Below, piece after piece: positions 29,625 to 38,685 of a DNA stretch of 64,000 nt. The notes beneath the pieces are model-generated. The model saw only the letters and a program-made list of their open reading frames with translations, made no database searches and had not been told where the DNA came from. The number at the start of each line of letters is the position of its first letter. The stretch's first letter is position 1. The position numbers were made by a program, and so were the translations under genes. The stretch lies in the NCBI RefSeq assembly GCF_002087085.1, contig NZ_MWQY01000002.1:248001-312000 (forward strand), given 5' to 3'.

Positions 29625-30971
29625 TTACATTGCCGCTCCGATCATCTTTTCAGGCAGCCAGGTAATTATACCAGGGAAAATAGTACAAAGCAAAAGGGTA
29701 AACATGATGATCATAACAAAGGGGATTACACCCTTGATAATGTGAGCCATGGTCACTCCCGTCTCAGGCGGAGCCGTTCCCTTCATGACAAAAATCGACA
29801 TAGCCATGGGGGGAGTCTGAAAAGCCATCTGCAGGTTTATACAGATCATCATCCCCGCCCAGAGGGGGTTGAAGCCCAGCTCCACAAGGATTGGAGAAAA
29901 GATGGGTACAATGATAAAGACGATACCGATCCACTCGATAAACAGTCCCAGCAGAAAGACTATCAGCATGATCACGAAGAAGGACGCCCAGCGGCCGCCG
30001 GGAACAGCCATGATCATGTCCGCCACAACGTCTCCGGCTCCGGCATTCATGAAGATCCCGACAAAGGCATAACAGAGGGCCGCTATCATGACGACGAAAG
30101 CGGATACCCGCAGTGTTTCCAGAGAGGCATGTTTAATCAACTGCCAGCTGAATTTGCGGTAGACTATGGCAAGGATAAGCGCAGCCGTACATCCCATCGC
30201 CGCAGCCTCAGTGGGAGGAGCTATTCCGGAGAATATGGTACCCAGTACCGCCATAATGAGCAGGACCGGAGGAAGCAGGGCCTTCATGAGACGGACCATC
30301 TTCTTCATGGAGAAGGGGGTAATCTGGTCTTCGGGAATTGCAGGGCCCAGAGCCGGATTCAGCTGACAACGGATCATGACATAGAGAATGTAGAGCCCGG
30401 AAAGGATCAGTCCGGGAAAGACAGCGCCCATGAACATCTGGCCGATGGATAATCCCGCCTGGGGACCGTATACAACCAGCATGATGCTCGGCGGTATAAG
30501 AATACCCAGGGTCCCCGCCGCCACAATTGATCCCGAGGCAAGAGAACGGTCATACCCGCGCTCGATCATCGGCCCCAGGGCGATCAGGGTAAGTATTGTA
30601 ACGGATGCGGCGATTACCCCGAGACAGGCAGCCAGGACCGTCCCGAAGACTATGGTGACTATAAGCAGTCCGCCCCTGACCCTGCCCAGAGCCTCATACA
30701 GGCTTGTATACAGGTCCCTGGTTATTCCCGAATGCTGGAGCACCACTCCCATAAAGGTAAAGAGAGGTACCGCCAGATAAGGATAATTCAGGGAAAGATC
30801 GTAGAACCTGCTGTAGAGAATGTGAAATGTCGTCGTCGGGCCGAAAACAACAAGACCGACAAAGAACGACACGCTTCCAATTACGAAGGCGATGGGATAC
30901 CCGGTTAAGACCAGAGCGAATACACCGCCGAGCATTAAAAATGCGACTATTTCCGCGCTTAATTCAATCAA
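29625..30971 (-). CDS. TRAP transporter large permease (DctM)
   Basis: LAVPLFTFMG, GTLGILIPPS, TPP; TTG start at 30971 overlaps the upstream gene end. Confidence 0.92.
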   Translation of the reverse strand: MIELSAEIVAFLMLGGVFALVLTGYPIAFVIGSVSFFVGLVVFGPTTTFHILYSRFYDLSLNYPYLAVPLFTFMGVVLQHSGITRDLYTSLYEALGRVRGGLLIVTIVFGTVLAACLGVIAASVTILTLIALGPMIERGYDRSLASGSIVAAGTLGILIPPSIMLVVYGPQAGLSIGQMFMGAVFPGLILSGLYILYVMIRCQLNPALGPAIPEDQITPFSMKKMVRLMKALLPPVLLIMAVLGTIFSGIAPPTEAAAMGCTAALILAIVYRKFSWQLIKHASLETLRVSAFVVMIAALCYAFVGIFMNAGAGDVVADMIMAVPGGRWASFFVIMLIVFLLGLFIEWIGIVFIIVPIFSPILVELGFNPLWAGMMICINLQMAFQTPPMAMSIFVMKGTAPPETGVTMAHIIKGVIPFVMIIMFTLLLCTIFPGIITWLPEKMIGAAM

Positions 30972-31482
30972 TTGATTCACCTCGTATAAGCATGTATACA
31001 TCCCGAACAAGGTTTGCCAGTCCCTGGAGCAGCATTAAAAAAAGTCCCAGGGCAAAAACTGTTCGATACGGTCCTGCCGGGGGGTACCAGAAGCTGTTGA
31101 ACATTATCTCATTGATTTTCCAGGCTTTGATTGCCCACCGGGTTGCAAGAACCAGCATGACAGTCATCAGGGGAAAAAAGAAAAGCAGCGAACAGATTAC
31201 ATTAATCAAAGCCCGCCCGCGATCAGAAAACTGGGAGTAGATCAGGTCCACCCGGGTGTGGGCATCATGCAGGTAATCAAAGGACGCGCCCAGCAGATAC
31301 ACGACACCACCGGCCATACAGAGCGAATCATAGGCCCAGATAGTCGGGGCATTGAAGAAGTGCCGTGATATTGTTTCGTAGGTACCGATAAGAACGAGCA
31401 GAAAGGCGAACCATTTGCCAACGGCTCCCGCTTTCTCACTTACAAGGTCCACGAATCTCAGCAGTTTGCGAATAACGGACAT
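30964..31482 (-). CDS. TRAP transporter small permease (DctQ)
   Basis: 4 TM helices, FNAPTIWAYD, HTRVD; GGAGG SD. Confidence 0.9.
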   Translation of the reverse strand: MSVIRKLLRFVDLVSEKAGAVGKWFAFLLVLIGTYETISRHFFNAPTIWAYDSLCMAGGVVYLLGASFDYLHDAHTRVDLIYSQFSDRGRALINVICSLLFFFPLMTVMLVLATRWAIKAWKINEIMFNSFWYPPAGPYRTVFALGLFLMLLQGLANLVRDVYMLIRGESID

Positions 31483-31506
31483 TGTATCCTCCATTCATAA
31501 GAAATT

Positions 31507-31529
31507 CTCCCCGGGTTATTCCCGGGGAG
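31507..31529. terminator. Intercistronic hairpin after the dctP-like gene
   Basis: CTCCCCGGG-TTATT-CCCGGGGAG. Confidence 0.55.
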
Positions 31530-31550
31530 TAGAGAGTCGCGCTTCCTTAT

Positions 31551-32624
31551 TTATTTGATGGAAGCGTATGCCTCGCCAAAATCTTTCATGGAGGTATAGA
31601 TCTCTTTGAAGATGGGAGGCTCGTTCTGGGATTTCTCTTCATAGAAAGCTGCAGCTTCAGCTACCAGAGCATCCGCGACTTCGGTGGGAAGCTTGTAGAC
31701 CTCGTTCCCGGCTTCCTTGAACTTCTCGACTGCCTTGATGGATTCGTTTACCAGATACTCGTGCTGAGCCTGGGTCCAGTAGGCGACCTCGGCCCGTACA
31801 ATACGCTGAAGGTCCGCGGGCAGTTCGTTAAAAGCGTCCTTGTTTACAAAAAACACCTGGGGATCGCTGGGAGCACGGGAAGGAGAAAGAATTACATACT
31901 TCGCAACCTCGTTGAAGTGCATCTCCCAGTTGGACGCCAGAGTGGAATATTCCATGGCATCGATGGTTCCCCGCTGCATTGCCTCATACAGATCACCTCC
32001 GGGAATAATTACCGTTGCAGCACCCATACGCTTCAGGATTTCTCCGCCGTCGCCCATGCAACGGGCCTTAAGACCTTTCAGGTCATCCACACTTTCAATC
32101 TTGACCTTGGAATGGAAGAATACCTCTTCCGGCAGGGGAGAAAGGGCCCCGGGAAAGGTCATTACGTTGTAGCTTTCCATCATCTTGTTCATAAGGTCCG
32201 CACCCCCGGCAAAATCAAACCAGGTACGCAGAGCCTCACCTGGAAGGGCCCCGGGTCGGGAACTTATGAGACCGGCTGCGGACCATTTGTCCAGGTTGTA
32301 CATCGGACAGGTGTAGGCCATCTGCAACACACCTTCGTGAACCGCATCAAGTTCCTTGTAGGCCGGCACAATCGAACCGCCGACAAAGGGTTTGACTTCC
32401 AGACGTCCGCCGGATGCCTCGGTTATTGCCTTACAGCACATGTCATGATAAAGTTGAGACGGGTCTGTAGCAGGACCATGACCGGAAGATTTCCAAACAA
32501 TCTTCTCAACCGTCTTTGCCGGTGCGTCGCCGGCATCGGCGGTTTTTGTCTGCTGGCAGGATAGCAGGGCGATTCCTGCAATGAGTACAACCAGCAACAG
32601 GGGAATTCTTTTTCGCTGAAACAT
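31551..32624 (-). CDS. TRAP solute-binding lipoprotein (DctP; TakP/monocarboxylate-like)
   Basis: Lipobox LLSC, SGGRLEV, DLKGLKAR, PGGDLYEAMQRGTIDA; AGGAGG SD before ATG 32624. Confidence 0.88.
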   Translation of the reverse strand: MFQRKRIPLLLVVLIAGIALLSCQQTKTADAGDAPAKTVEKIVWKSSGHGPATDPSQLYHDMCCKAITEASGGRLEVKPFVGGSIVPAYKELDAVHEGVLQMAYTCPMYNLDKWSAAGLISSRPGALPGEALRTWFDFAGGADLMNKMMESYNVMTFPGALSPLPEEVFFHSKVKIESVDDLKGLKARCMGDGGEILKRMGAATVIIPGGDLYEAMQRGTIDAMEYSTLASNWEMHFNEVAKYVILSPSRAPSDPQVFFVNKDAFNELPADLQRIVRAEVAYWTQAQHEYLVNESIKAVEKFKEAGNEVYKLPTEVADALVAEAAAFYEEKSQNEPPIFKEIYTSMKDFGEAYASIK

Positions 32625-32694
32625 CTGTAACCTCCTAGGTTTACCAATTATTTTAAGGCCTGTTTTCTTAAGCCTCGTAACCTGTTTATAGTTC

Positions 32695-33525
32695 CTACTC
32701 CACATAAAGACTCGAACCTGTCCGGTTGTGAAAATAGCGGCAGTTCGACGCGCGGAGTATATCCATGGCCTTTTCACCGGTGCAGTGAGAAACCCCCAGT
32801 ACCTTGAAGGAATCATCCGCCAGATAGCTGATGGATTTCTCCAGGCTCTCCCTGGAGGCCTCCACCAGGTGGGTTCCGCCGAGTACCGCGTAGACCGGAC
32901 GATTGAGAAGGCTTCTTACGGTGTCGATCATATTTTTCATACCCGGATGGGAACAGCCGAGAAGAATGATGATCCCCCGGGGAGAATCCACTGCAACCAG
33001 GACTTCATCGCTGAACTGGTCCGGGTCGAATCCATCGCTTTTCCGTAAGACAAAACGGGGACTTATGACTTCATCCATATGCCTTCGATCAAAGCCCGTT
33101 ATAACCCAGACCCCCTCCACAATTTCCGTGATCGGTGAATCGACAAAAGCGTAGGAAACACCGGAATCCCGGAGGAAGGCCTCGTTAAAATTGTTTCCGA
33201 TAAACTCGTAAGATCCGTTGTAAAAGGCATATTTCTCATCAAAAAAACCCTGTCCCAGGGTAAGTTCAAACCCGGAATGGACCTGAAGAAGAGAACGCAG
33301 CCCTCCACTGTGATCATAGTGACCGTGGCTGAGTACAACATGATCTATCGCAGTCATATCGAGACGCAGCTGACCGGCATTATGAATAAAATTTGCCGAC
33401 TGCCCTGAGTCGAAAAGTATTGAATGATTATCTTTCTCAATAAAAAAGCTGAGACCGTGCTCATTTTTTAACGCACGATGCTCTCCCTGGCTGTTCTCCA
33501 CCAGGGTTGTAATACGAACAGGCAT
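32695..33525 (-). CDS. MBL-fold metallo-hydrolase
   Basis: EHGLS, LFDSG, SHGHYDH, GCSH, GGTH, SHCTG. Confidence 0.9.
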   Translation of the reverse strand: MPVRITTLVENSQGEHRALKNEHGLSFFIEKDNHSILFDSGQSANFIHNAGQLRLDMTAIDHVVLSHGHYDHSGGLRSLLQVHSGFELTLGQGFFDEKYAFYNGSYEFIGNNFNEAFLRDSGVSYAFVDSPITEIVEGVWVITGFDRRHMDEVISPRFVLRKSDGFDPDQFSDEVLVAVDSPRGIIILLGCSHPGMKNMIDTVRSLLNRPVYAVLGGTHLVEASRESLEKSISYLADDSFKVLGVSHCTGEKAMDILRASNCRYFHNRTGSSLYVE

Positions 33526-33538
33526 AACTCCTCCTGCC

Positions 33539-34246
33539 TTAGTCCTTTTTTTCAGAGGACATTGATTTTCGAATATCATCTAGAGCGTTGTTCAGATGCA
33601 GCGTCATGGCCTGTTCCGCCTTCTGCGGGTTTCGGGAAACGATTGCCTCAACAACTTCCTTATGTTCAGCTACGGTTTTTTCGATACGTCCCGGGGTATG
33701 CAGGCTGGATATCCATCCTTCAGACAGGGAGTCGGTCATTGCCTTCATGAGGAAGTAGAGGGTCCTGTTCTTGGTTGCCTTTGCCAGGAGACGATGGAAC
33801 TCCTCGTCACACTTGATGATACCGGCGGTATTGTTGCTTCCGGAAAGCTGTTTGAACTTGTCACAGACCGTCGTCAATGATTCAATATCCTGCTCATCCG
33901 CCTTTTCCGCAGCGTAGGCCGCTGCTTTCGGATCGATCATCAATCTGACCTCAAAATGTTCAACGATGGATTGGGCATTATTCCTGAGCCAGCCGGAAAA
34001 CGCGGAAAAGGGATCTTCCACGGAATCGGTAATAAAGATTCCCCGCCCATGTTCCACCCTTACCTTTCCCACGGCCTCCAGGATACGAATCGCTTCGCGA
34101 ATGGAAGAACGGCTCACATTGAGTTTGGCGGTAAGCTGGTTTTCGGAGTAGAATTTGTCCCCCGGATTAAAACCATCCTTGACGATCATCTCTTTTATTG
34201 CGTCGATAACCTGTTCGGAAAGCCGGATCTTCGTTATAGGTTCCAT
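33539..34246 (-). CDS. GntR family, FadR-subfamily transcriptional regulator
   Basis: VSRSSIREA HTH, GRGIF, FCD domain DEEFH...EH...MTLHL. Confidence 0.93.
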   Translation of the reverse strand: MEPITKIRLSEQVIDAIKEMIVKDGFNPGDKFYSENQLTAKLNVSRSSIREAIRILEAVGKVRVEHGRGIFITDSVEDPFSAFSGWLRNNAQSIVEHFEVRLMIDPKAAAYAAEKADEQDIESLTTVCDKFKQLSGSNNTAGIIKCDEEFHRLLAKATKNRTLYFLMKAMTDSLSEGWISSLHTPGRIEKTVAEHKEVVEAIVSRNPQKAEQAMTLHLNNALDDIRKSMSSEKKD

Positions 34247-34273
34247 GGAGCTCCTCCGCTCATCTACTCTTAT

Positions 34274-34288
34274 ACTCATCAGACAAGT
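34274..34288. promoter_or_regulatory. Candidate FadR-subfamily operator
   Basis: ACTCATCAGACAAGT, an imperfect palindrome resembling LutR/LldR-type boxes, about 30 nt upstream of the regulator start. Confidence 0.55.
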
Positions 34289-34338
34289 TGATTCTATCCC
34301 AGCTTTTCCGGCAGGTCAAGGGAAAGTTTTGAAAAAGG

Positions 34339-34487
34339 GTGGTGTTCCGAAACGTGGGGATAAAAACCGGTTTATCAGGCAGCTGTAACAAGTTAGCTGA
34401 AAACGCCACTCTAATCCGGTATTTTTTCCAGATACATCGTGTGACATCGCTAATATGAATACCTGTCCCCACGATTCGGGACAGTAC
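34339..34487. mobile_element. MITE-like element with 24-bp imperfect terminal inverted repeats
   Basis: Left GTGGTGTTCCGAAACGTGGGGATA vs reverse complement of right GTACTGTCCCGAATCGTGGGGACA (19/24); internal palindromes; non-coding. Confidence 0.45.
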
Positions 34488-34575
34488 ATTTCTACACTGC
34501 AACAATTAGCCGGGACTTGATATGCCGCGGAATCTCCCCTATTCTTGATCGCAGCACAAAATACGGGAGTAACGG

Positions 34576-35550
34576 GTGAAAATATTGATACTCGGCGGGG
34601 CAGGATACATCGGCAGCCATGTTGCCAGGGAGTTTCTTGATAACGGGGCGGAGGTTACGGTATTCGACAACCTCTCCTCGGGACTGCGGGAGAACCTCTT
34701 CCCGGAAGCCTCTTTTATCCACGGATCAATACTTGATTACAATGCTCTTCGTCTGGCAATGGCCGGAGGCTTTGACGCCCTGGTTCATCTGGCGGCATTC
34801 AAGGCTGCCGGAGAATCCATGTCGGCTCCGGAGAAATACTCGGTAAACAATATTTCCGGGACCATCAATATTCTCAATGCCGCCGTGGAGACCGGTATCA
34901 GGCGCTTCATTTTCTCCTCATCCGCTGCTGTTTATGGCGAGCCCGAGTATCTCCCCATTGACGAAAAGCACCCCCTGAATCCGGAGAACTACTACGGTTT
35001 TACCAAGCTGGAGATTGAACGCATGCTCACCTGGTACGAGCGGCTCAGGGGAATAAAGTTTGCCTCCCTGCGCTACTTCAATGCCGCCGGATACGACGCC
35101 TTCGGGCGCATTCCCGGTCTTGAGCAGAACCCGGCGAATCTGCTGCCCGTCATAATGGAGGTCGCTGCGGGTGTCAGGTCCTCCCTGTCGATTTTCGGCA
35201 ACGACTACGACACAGCCGACGGAACCGGAATCCGGGACTACGTGCACGTCAGCGACCTGGCACGGGCTCACTATCTTGCCTGCGACTATCTCGAGGCGGA
35301 AAACTCATCCATTACCGTAAATCTCGGCAGCGAAAGCGGCTTGAGCGTCATGGACATTCTTGAGGCAGCCCGCAGGATCACCGGAAAGGTGATCCCGGCA
35401 GAAATATGCCCGCGACGGCCGGGGGATCCGGCCAAACTGGTCGCATCCTCCCGGCTCGCCCGGGAACGTCTGGGGTGGGAGGCACGGCACAGCGATGCTG
35501 AAAACCTCGTCACCACATCCTGGCGGGTATACGCTCCGGAGCCTGTTTAA
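34576..35550 (+). CDS. galE: UDP-glucose 4-epimerase
   Basis: GGAGYIGSH, HLAAFKAAGES, SSSAAVYG, YGFTK, LRYFN, RDYVHVSDLA, RRPGD. Confidence 0.93.
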   Translation: MKILILGGAGYIGSHVAREFLDNGAEVTVFDNLSSGLRENLFPEASFIHGSILDYNALRLAMAGGFDALVHLAAFKAAGESMSAPEKYSVNNISGTINILNAAVETGIRRFIFSSSAAVYGEPEYLPIDEKHPLNPENYYGFTKLEIERMLTWYERLRGIKFASLRYFNAAGYDAFGRIPGLEQNPANLLPVIMEVAAGVRSSLSIFGNDYDTADGTGIRDYVHVSDLARAHYLACDYLEAENSSITVNLGSESGLSVMDILEAARRITGKVIPAEICPRRPGDPAKLVASSRLARERLGWEARHSDAENLVTTSWRVYAPEPV

Positions 35551-35556
35551 GTCCGC

Positions 35557-36555
35557 TCAGGGACGTACTATGTACTCCCAGGGGTTCAGGAGCAGGCGTA
35601 CGTACTGGGAACGCTTGTAGATCTTCGGGTCCTTGTTATGTCTGGCATCCAGGCTTCCCCGGAAGTCCTTGATTGACTCGTAGCCTTTGGACCGCATCCA
35701 GCGTTTCAGTTCATCGTTGATTTCACCGATCAGGTCCACAGAGTGACGGTATATACCGCTTACAATCTGTACCGCATCCGCACCGGCAAGTATCTGTTTT
35801 TTCACTGTATCAGCCTTTTCGATTCCCCCGGAGGCGCAGATGGAGGCTCCGATCTCTCCGGAAAGCAGTCCTGCAAAGCGGAGGGGAAGCTGGTACTCAT
35901 TTCCGGTACTCAGATTATAGCGGTAATCGTTCTTGAGGTTCGCCGGATCAATGTCGGGCTGGAAAAAGCGGTTGAAAAGTACGACACCCTCAACACCGGC
36001 GGCGTCCATCCGCTTGATGATATTCAGGGGATTGGTGTAATAGGGACTGAGTTTAACCGATACGGGAACCGAAACAGCCTTGACTACAGCCTGTACGATC
36101 TTGACCTGTTCATCCTCGATCTGTGAAGCCGTCAGCTCCGGATCGGTGGGGAGGGAATAAAAATTGAGTTCCAGGGCATCAGCGCCGGCCTCCTCCAGCT
36201 TTTTGGCCCAGGGGACCCAGGTAGACTGTGTAACAGCGTTGAGACTCGCGATAACCGGAATATTCAGGGCCTCCTTTGCCTTCTTGACCCACACCAGGTG
36301 TTCATCCACACCGGAATACTCGAGGTCGGGAAAGATATCGGTCATTTCGGCATGCCAGTCATCGTACTGGACCATGTCCTCATCATGGCGATAGTGCTGC
36401 AGCTGGATCTGTTCTTCAAAAAGGGACGAGATCACCACTGCACCTGCTCCCGCTTTTTCCGCTTTCTTTATCGAGTCGATGTCGCTGGTCAAGCGTGAAG
36501 CACCGACGATAACCGGGGACTTAAGTTCAAGACCACAATAGCGTGTTTCGATCAT
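35557..36555 (-). CDS. Dihydroorotate dehydrogenase-like flavoprotein
   Basis: SLFEEQI, ASLN, DALELN, VKLSP, LFNRFFQPDID, SGGI, AGADAVQ. Confidence 0.85.
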   Translation of the reverse strand: MIETRYCGLELKSPVIVGASRLTSDIDSIKKAEKAGAGAVVISSLFEEQIQLQHYRHDEDMVQYDDWHAEMTDIFPDLEYSGVDEHLVWVKKAKEALNIPVIASLNAVTQSTWVPWAKKLEEAGADALELNFYSLPTDPELTASQIEDEQVKIVQAVVKAVSVPVSVKLSPYYTNPLNIIKRMDAAGVEGVVLFNRFFQPDIDPANLKNDYRYNLSTGNEYQLPLRFAGLLSGEIGASICASGGIEKADTVKKQILAGADAVQIVSGIYRHSVDLIGEINDELKRWMRSKGYESIKDFRGSLDARHNKDPKIYKRSQYVRLLLNPWEYIVRP

Positions 36556-36630
36556 CTTTTCTCTCCTTATTCTCTATCTTTCCGATATACTTAAAGGTCT
36601 TTATGCTTAGACGAATAGTCAAGTTCTAAT

Positions 36631-36661
36631 AAAAAAAACCCGTTCCTCCCCGGAACGGGTT
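36631..36661 (-). terminator. Intrinsic terminator of the peroxiredoxin gene
   Basis: AACCCGTTCC-N5-GGAACGGGTT with a T-run on the minus strand. Confidence 0.8.
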
Positions 36662-36683
36662 CAGAGAGCGCCGCAGACGGGAG

Positions 36684-37331
36684 CTACAGTTTTTTATGAC
36701 AGAACCACCAGTCATAGCCTTCGTAGCGGGAGAGTCTTTTCGCAGCTTCTTCGGTACTTCCGGGAGGGGGAATGATTACCCGGTCTCCAATCAATTCATT
36801 ATCGGGCCAGCCCGCGGGTACGGCGACTCCCTTGGAGTCCGAGATCTGCAGGGCCTTTACGGCACGAACGACTTCATCAATATTCCGGCCAATCTCCTGA
36901 GGATAATAGAGGACAAGCCGCACTTTTCCTTCAGGATCGCCGACAAAGACAGCCCGAACGGTATTTGTCCCCTTTCCGGGGTGAAGCATTCCCATTTTAC
37001 CGGCAATCGAATCATTGGCAGCTACAACAGGATAGGTAATCTCCACGCCGAGTTCCTCTTTTATCCATTCAACCCATTTGATATGGCTGAATACCTGGTC
37101 AACGGACATACCGATCAGTTTGACTCCCAGCTCATCAAACTGCTCAATGCGCTTCTGGAAAGCGACAAATTCGGTTGTACAGACCGGGGTAAAATCAGCG
37201 GGATGACTGAAGAGAACAAACCAGCTCCCTTTAAAGTCCCCGGGAATGTTCATCCGTCCATGGGTGGTGTTTACCTGTAATTCCGGAAAGTCATCCCCCA
37301 GCAAAGGCATCGTTAGTGCATGTTCTTCCAT
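36684..37331 (-). CDS. Peroxiredoxin (Prx6-type with C-terminal Cys)
   Basis: [23 protein letters not shown]-terminal DWWFC. Confidence 0.95.
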   Translation of the reverse strand: MEEHALTMPLLGDDFPELQVNTTHGRMNIPGDFKGSWFVLFSHPADFTPVCTTEFVAFQKRIEQFDELGVKLIGMSVDQVFSHIKWVEWIKEELGVEITYPVVAANDSIAGKMGMLHPGKGTNTVRAVFVGDPEGKVRLVLYYPQEIGRNIDEVVRAVKALQISDSKGVAVPAGWPDNELIGDRVIIPPPGSTEEAAKRLSRYEGYDWWFCHKKL

Positions 37332-37368
37332 AGAGTTGCTCCTTATCGCATTTTTGTTTGGAATCGCT

Positions 37369-37389
37369 TAATAGTAATAGTTACTATTA
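37369..37389. promoter_or_regulatory. Fur/PerR-like operator upstream of peroxiredoxin
   Basis: Perfect 9-3-9 inverted repeat TAATAGTAA-TAG-TTACTATTA. Confidence 0.65.
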
Positions 37390-37512
37390 TAAGTGTCAAT
37401 TAGGCCAGCCTAATTTTACTCTATTTTGTTCAGTTGCAAGATAGTCTCCGGGCGGCTACAATAAGGACATCTCCCACCTTCAGTGAAGGGATACATCAAC
37501 AAGGAAGGGATT

Positions 37513-38685
37513 ATGGAAAAAGGAATGGCCCATATAATCTCCGGTTTGGGTGATCTTGAGGAACGCATCCGGGATTTACGAGAAATAATCCTCGCCAACC
37601 TGGTGATGCTATCGGAAATTCCCGCCCCCACCTTCAGTGAAGCGGCCCGGATGGAGTTCCTGGTCAACCGTTTTACCGAGCTTCAGCTTCTTAACTGTTC
37701 CACCGACGAGGTCGGAAACGGCCTGGGCATCATACCCGGAGAGACGGGGGACCGGAACATTCTGATCGTGGGACACATGGACACGGTTTTCGACGCCAAG
37801 GTTGATCACACAATAACCGTGGAACCCCATCGGATCATAGGTCCAGGAGTCGGGGACAACGGACTGGGACTGGCGGTTATTGCAACGCTTCCCCTGGTTC
37901 TCCAGCATCTGAACATAAAACCAAAGAGCAATATAATCCTGATGGGCAGCGCCCAGTCCCTGGGTATGGGCAATATCCGGGGCCTGAGGTTTTTCCTCGA
38001 CCATACGGATCTTCCCATAAATGCCGGAATCTGTGTGGAGGGGGTCAAACTCGGGAGGATCTCCTATTCTTCCATAGGTATGATGCGCTGCGGTATCAGC
38101 TTTTCCGTACCCGAGCAGTACGACTGGACCCGCTTTGGCGCGGTGGGCGCCATAGTAACCATAAACGATGCCATAAACCGTATCCTGGAAATCCCCCTGC
38201 CCAAGCGTCCGAAGACCAACATCGTTCTTGGATCGATCAGCGGGGGTACCGGCTTCAACACCATAGCGACCCAGGCTTCCCTCAAGTTCGAGATACGTTC
38301 CGAGTCCGGACGAATGGTCAAGAATATCGGCCAGAAGACCGAGTACATTGCCCACGAGGTCGCGAGTCACTCCGGGGCTGATGTCGATTTTCGCATCTAT
38401 GCCCAGCGGCGGCCCGGGGGAATCCCGTTTTCCCATCCCCTGGCACGAACCACCCGGGAAATAATGAAGGCCCTGGATATCCCCCAGCGCATTACCCCCT
38501 CCACCTCGGAACTCTCGGCTTTTATCGACAAAAAGATTCCGGCGGTAACCCTTGGACTCACCAACGGCGAGAACCTCAACCAGATGAACGAGACGATCGA
38601 TATAGAACCGATATTCAAGGGAGTGGCGCAGCTTCTGGGGCTTATTCTCGCCATTGACGGAGGACACTGTGACGAATCTAAATGA
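37513..38685 (+). CDS. M20-family peptidase homologue with degenerate active site
   Basis: EIPAPTFSE, DEVGN, GHMDTVF, PGVGDN, GGTGFNTIA; the expected EE and C-terminal H are absent. Confidence 0.8.
   Translation: MEKGMAHIISGLGDLEERIRDLREIILANLVMLSEIPAPTFSEAARMEFLVNRFTELQLLNCSTDEVGNGLGIIPGETGDRNILIVGHMDTVFDAKVDHTITVEPHRIIGPGVGDNGLGLAVIATLPLVLQHLNIKPKSNIILMGSAQSLGMGNIRGLRFFLDHTDLPINAGICVEGVKLGRISYSSIGMMRCGISFSVPEQYDWTRFGAVGAIVTINDAINRILEIPLPKRPKTNIVLGSISGGTGFNTIATQASLKFEIRSESGRMVKNIGQKTEYIAHEVASHSGADVDFRIYAQRRPGGIPFSHPLARTTREIMKALDIPQRITPSTSELSAFIDKKIPAVTLGLTNGENLNQMNETIDIEPIFKGVAQLLGLILAIDGGHCDESK

Noticed and set aside
35557..36555. True pyrD
   Set aside because: The catalytic loop reads ELNFYSLP rather than NxSCP/NxSSP, and there are no pyr genes nearby.
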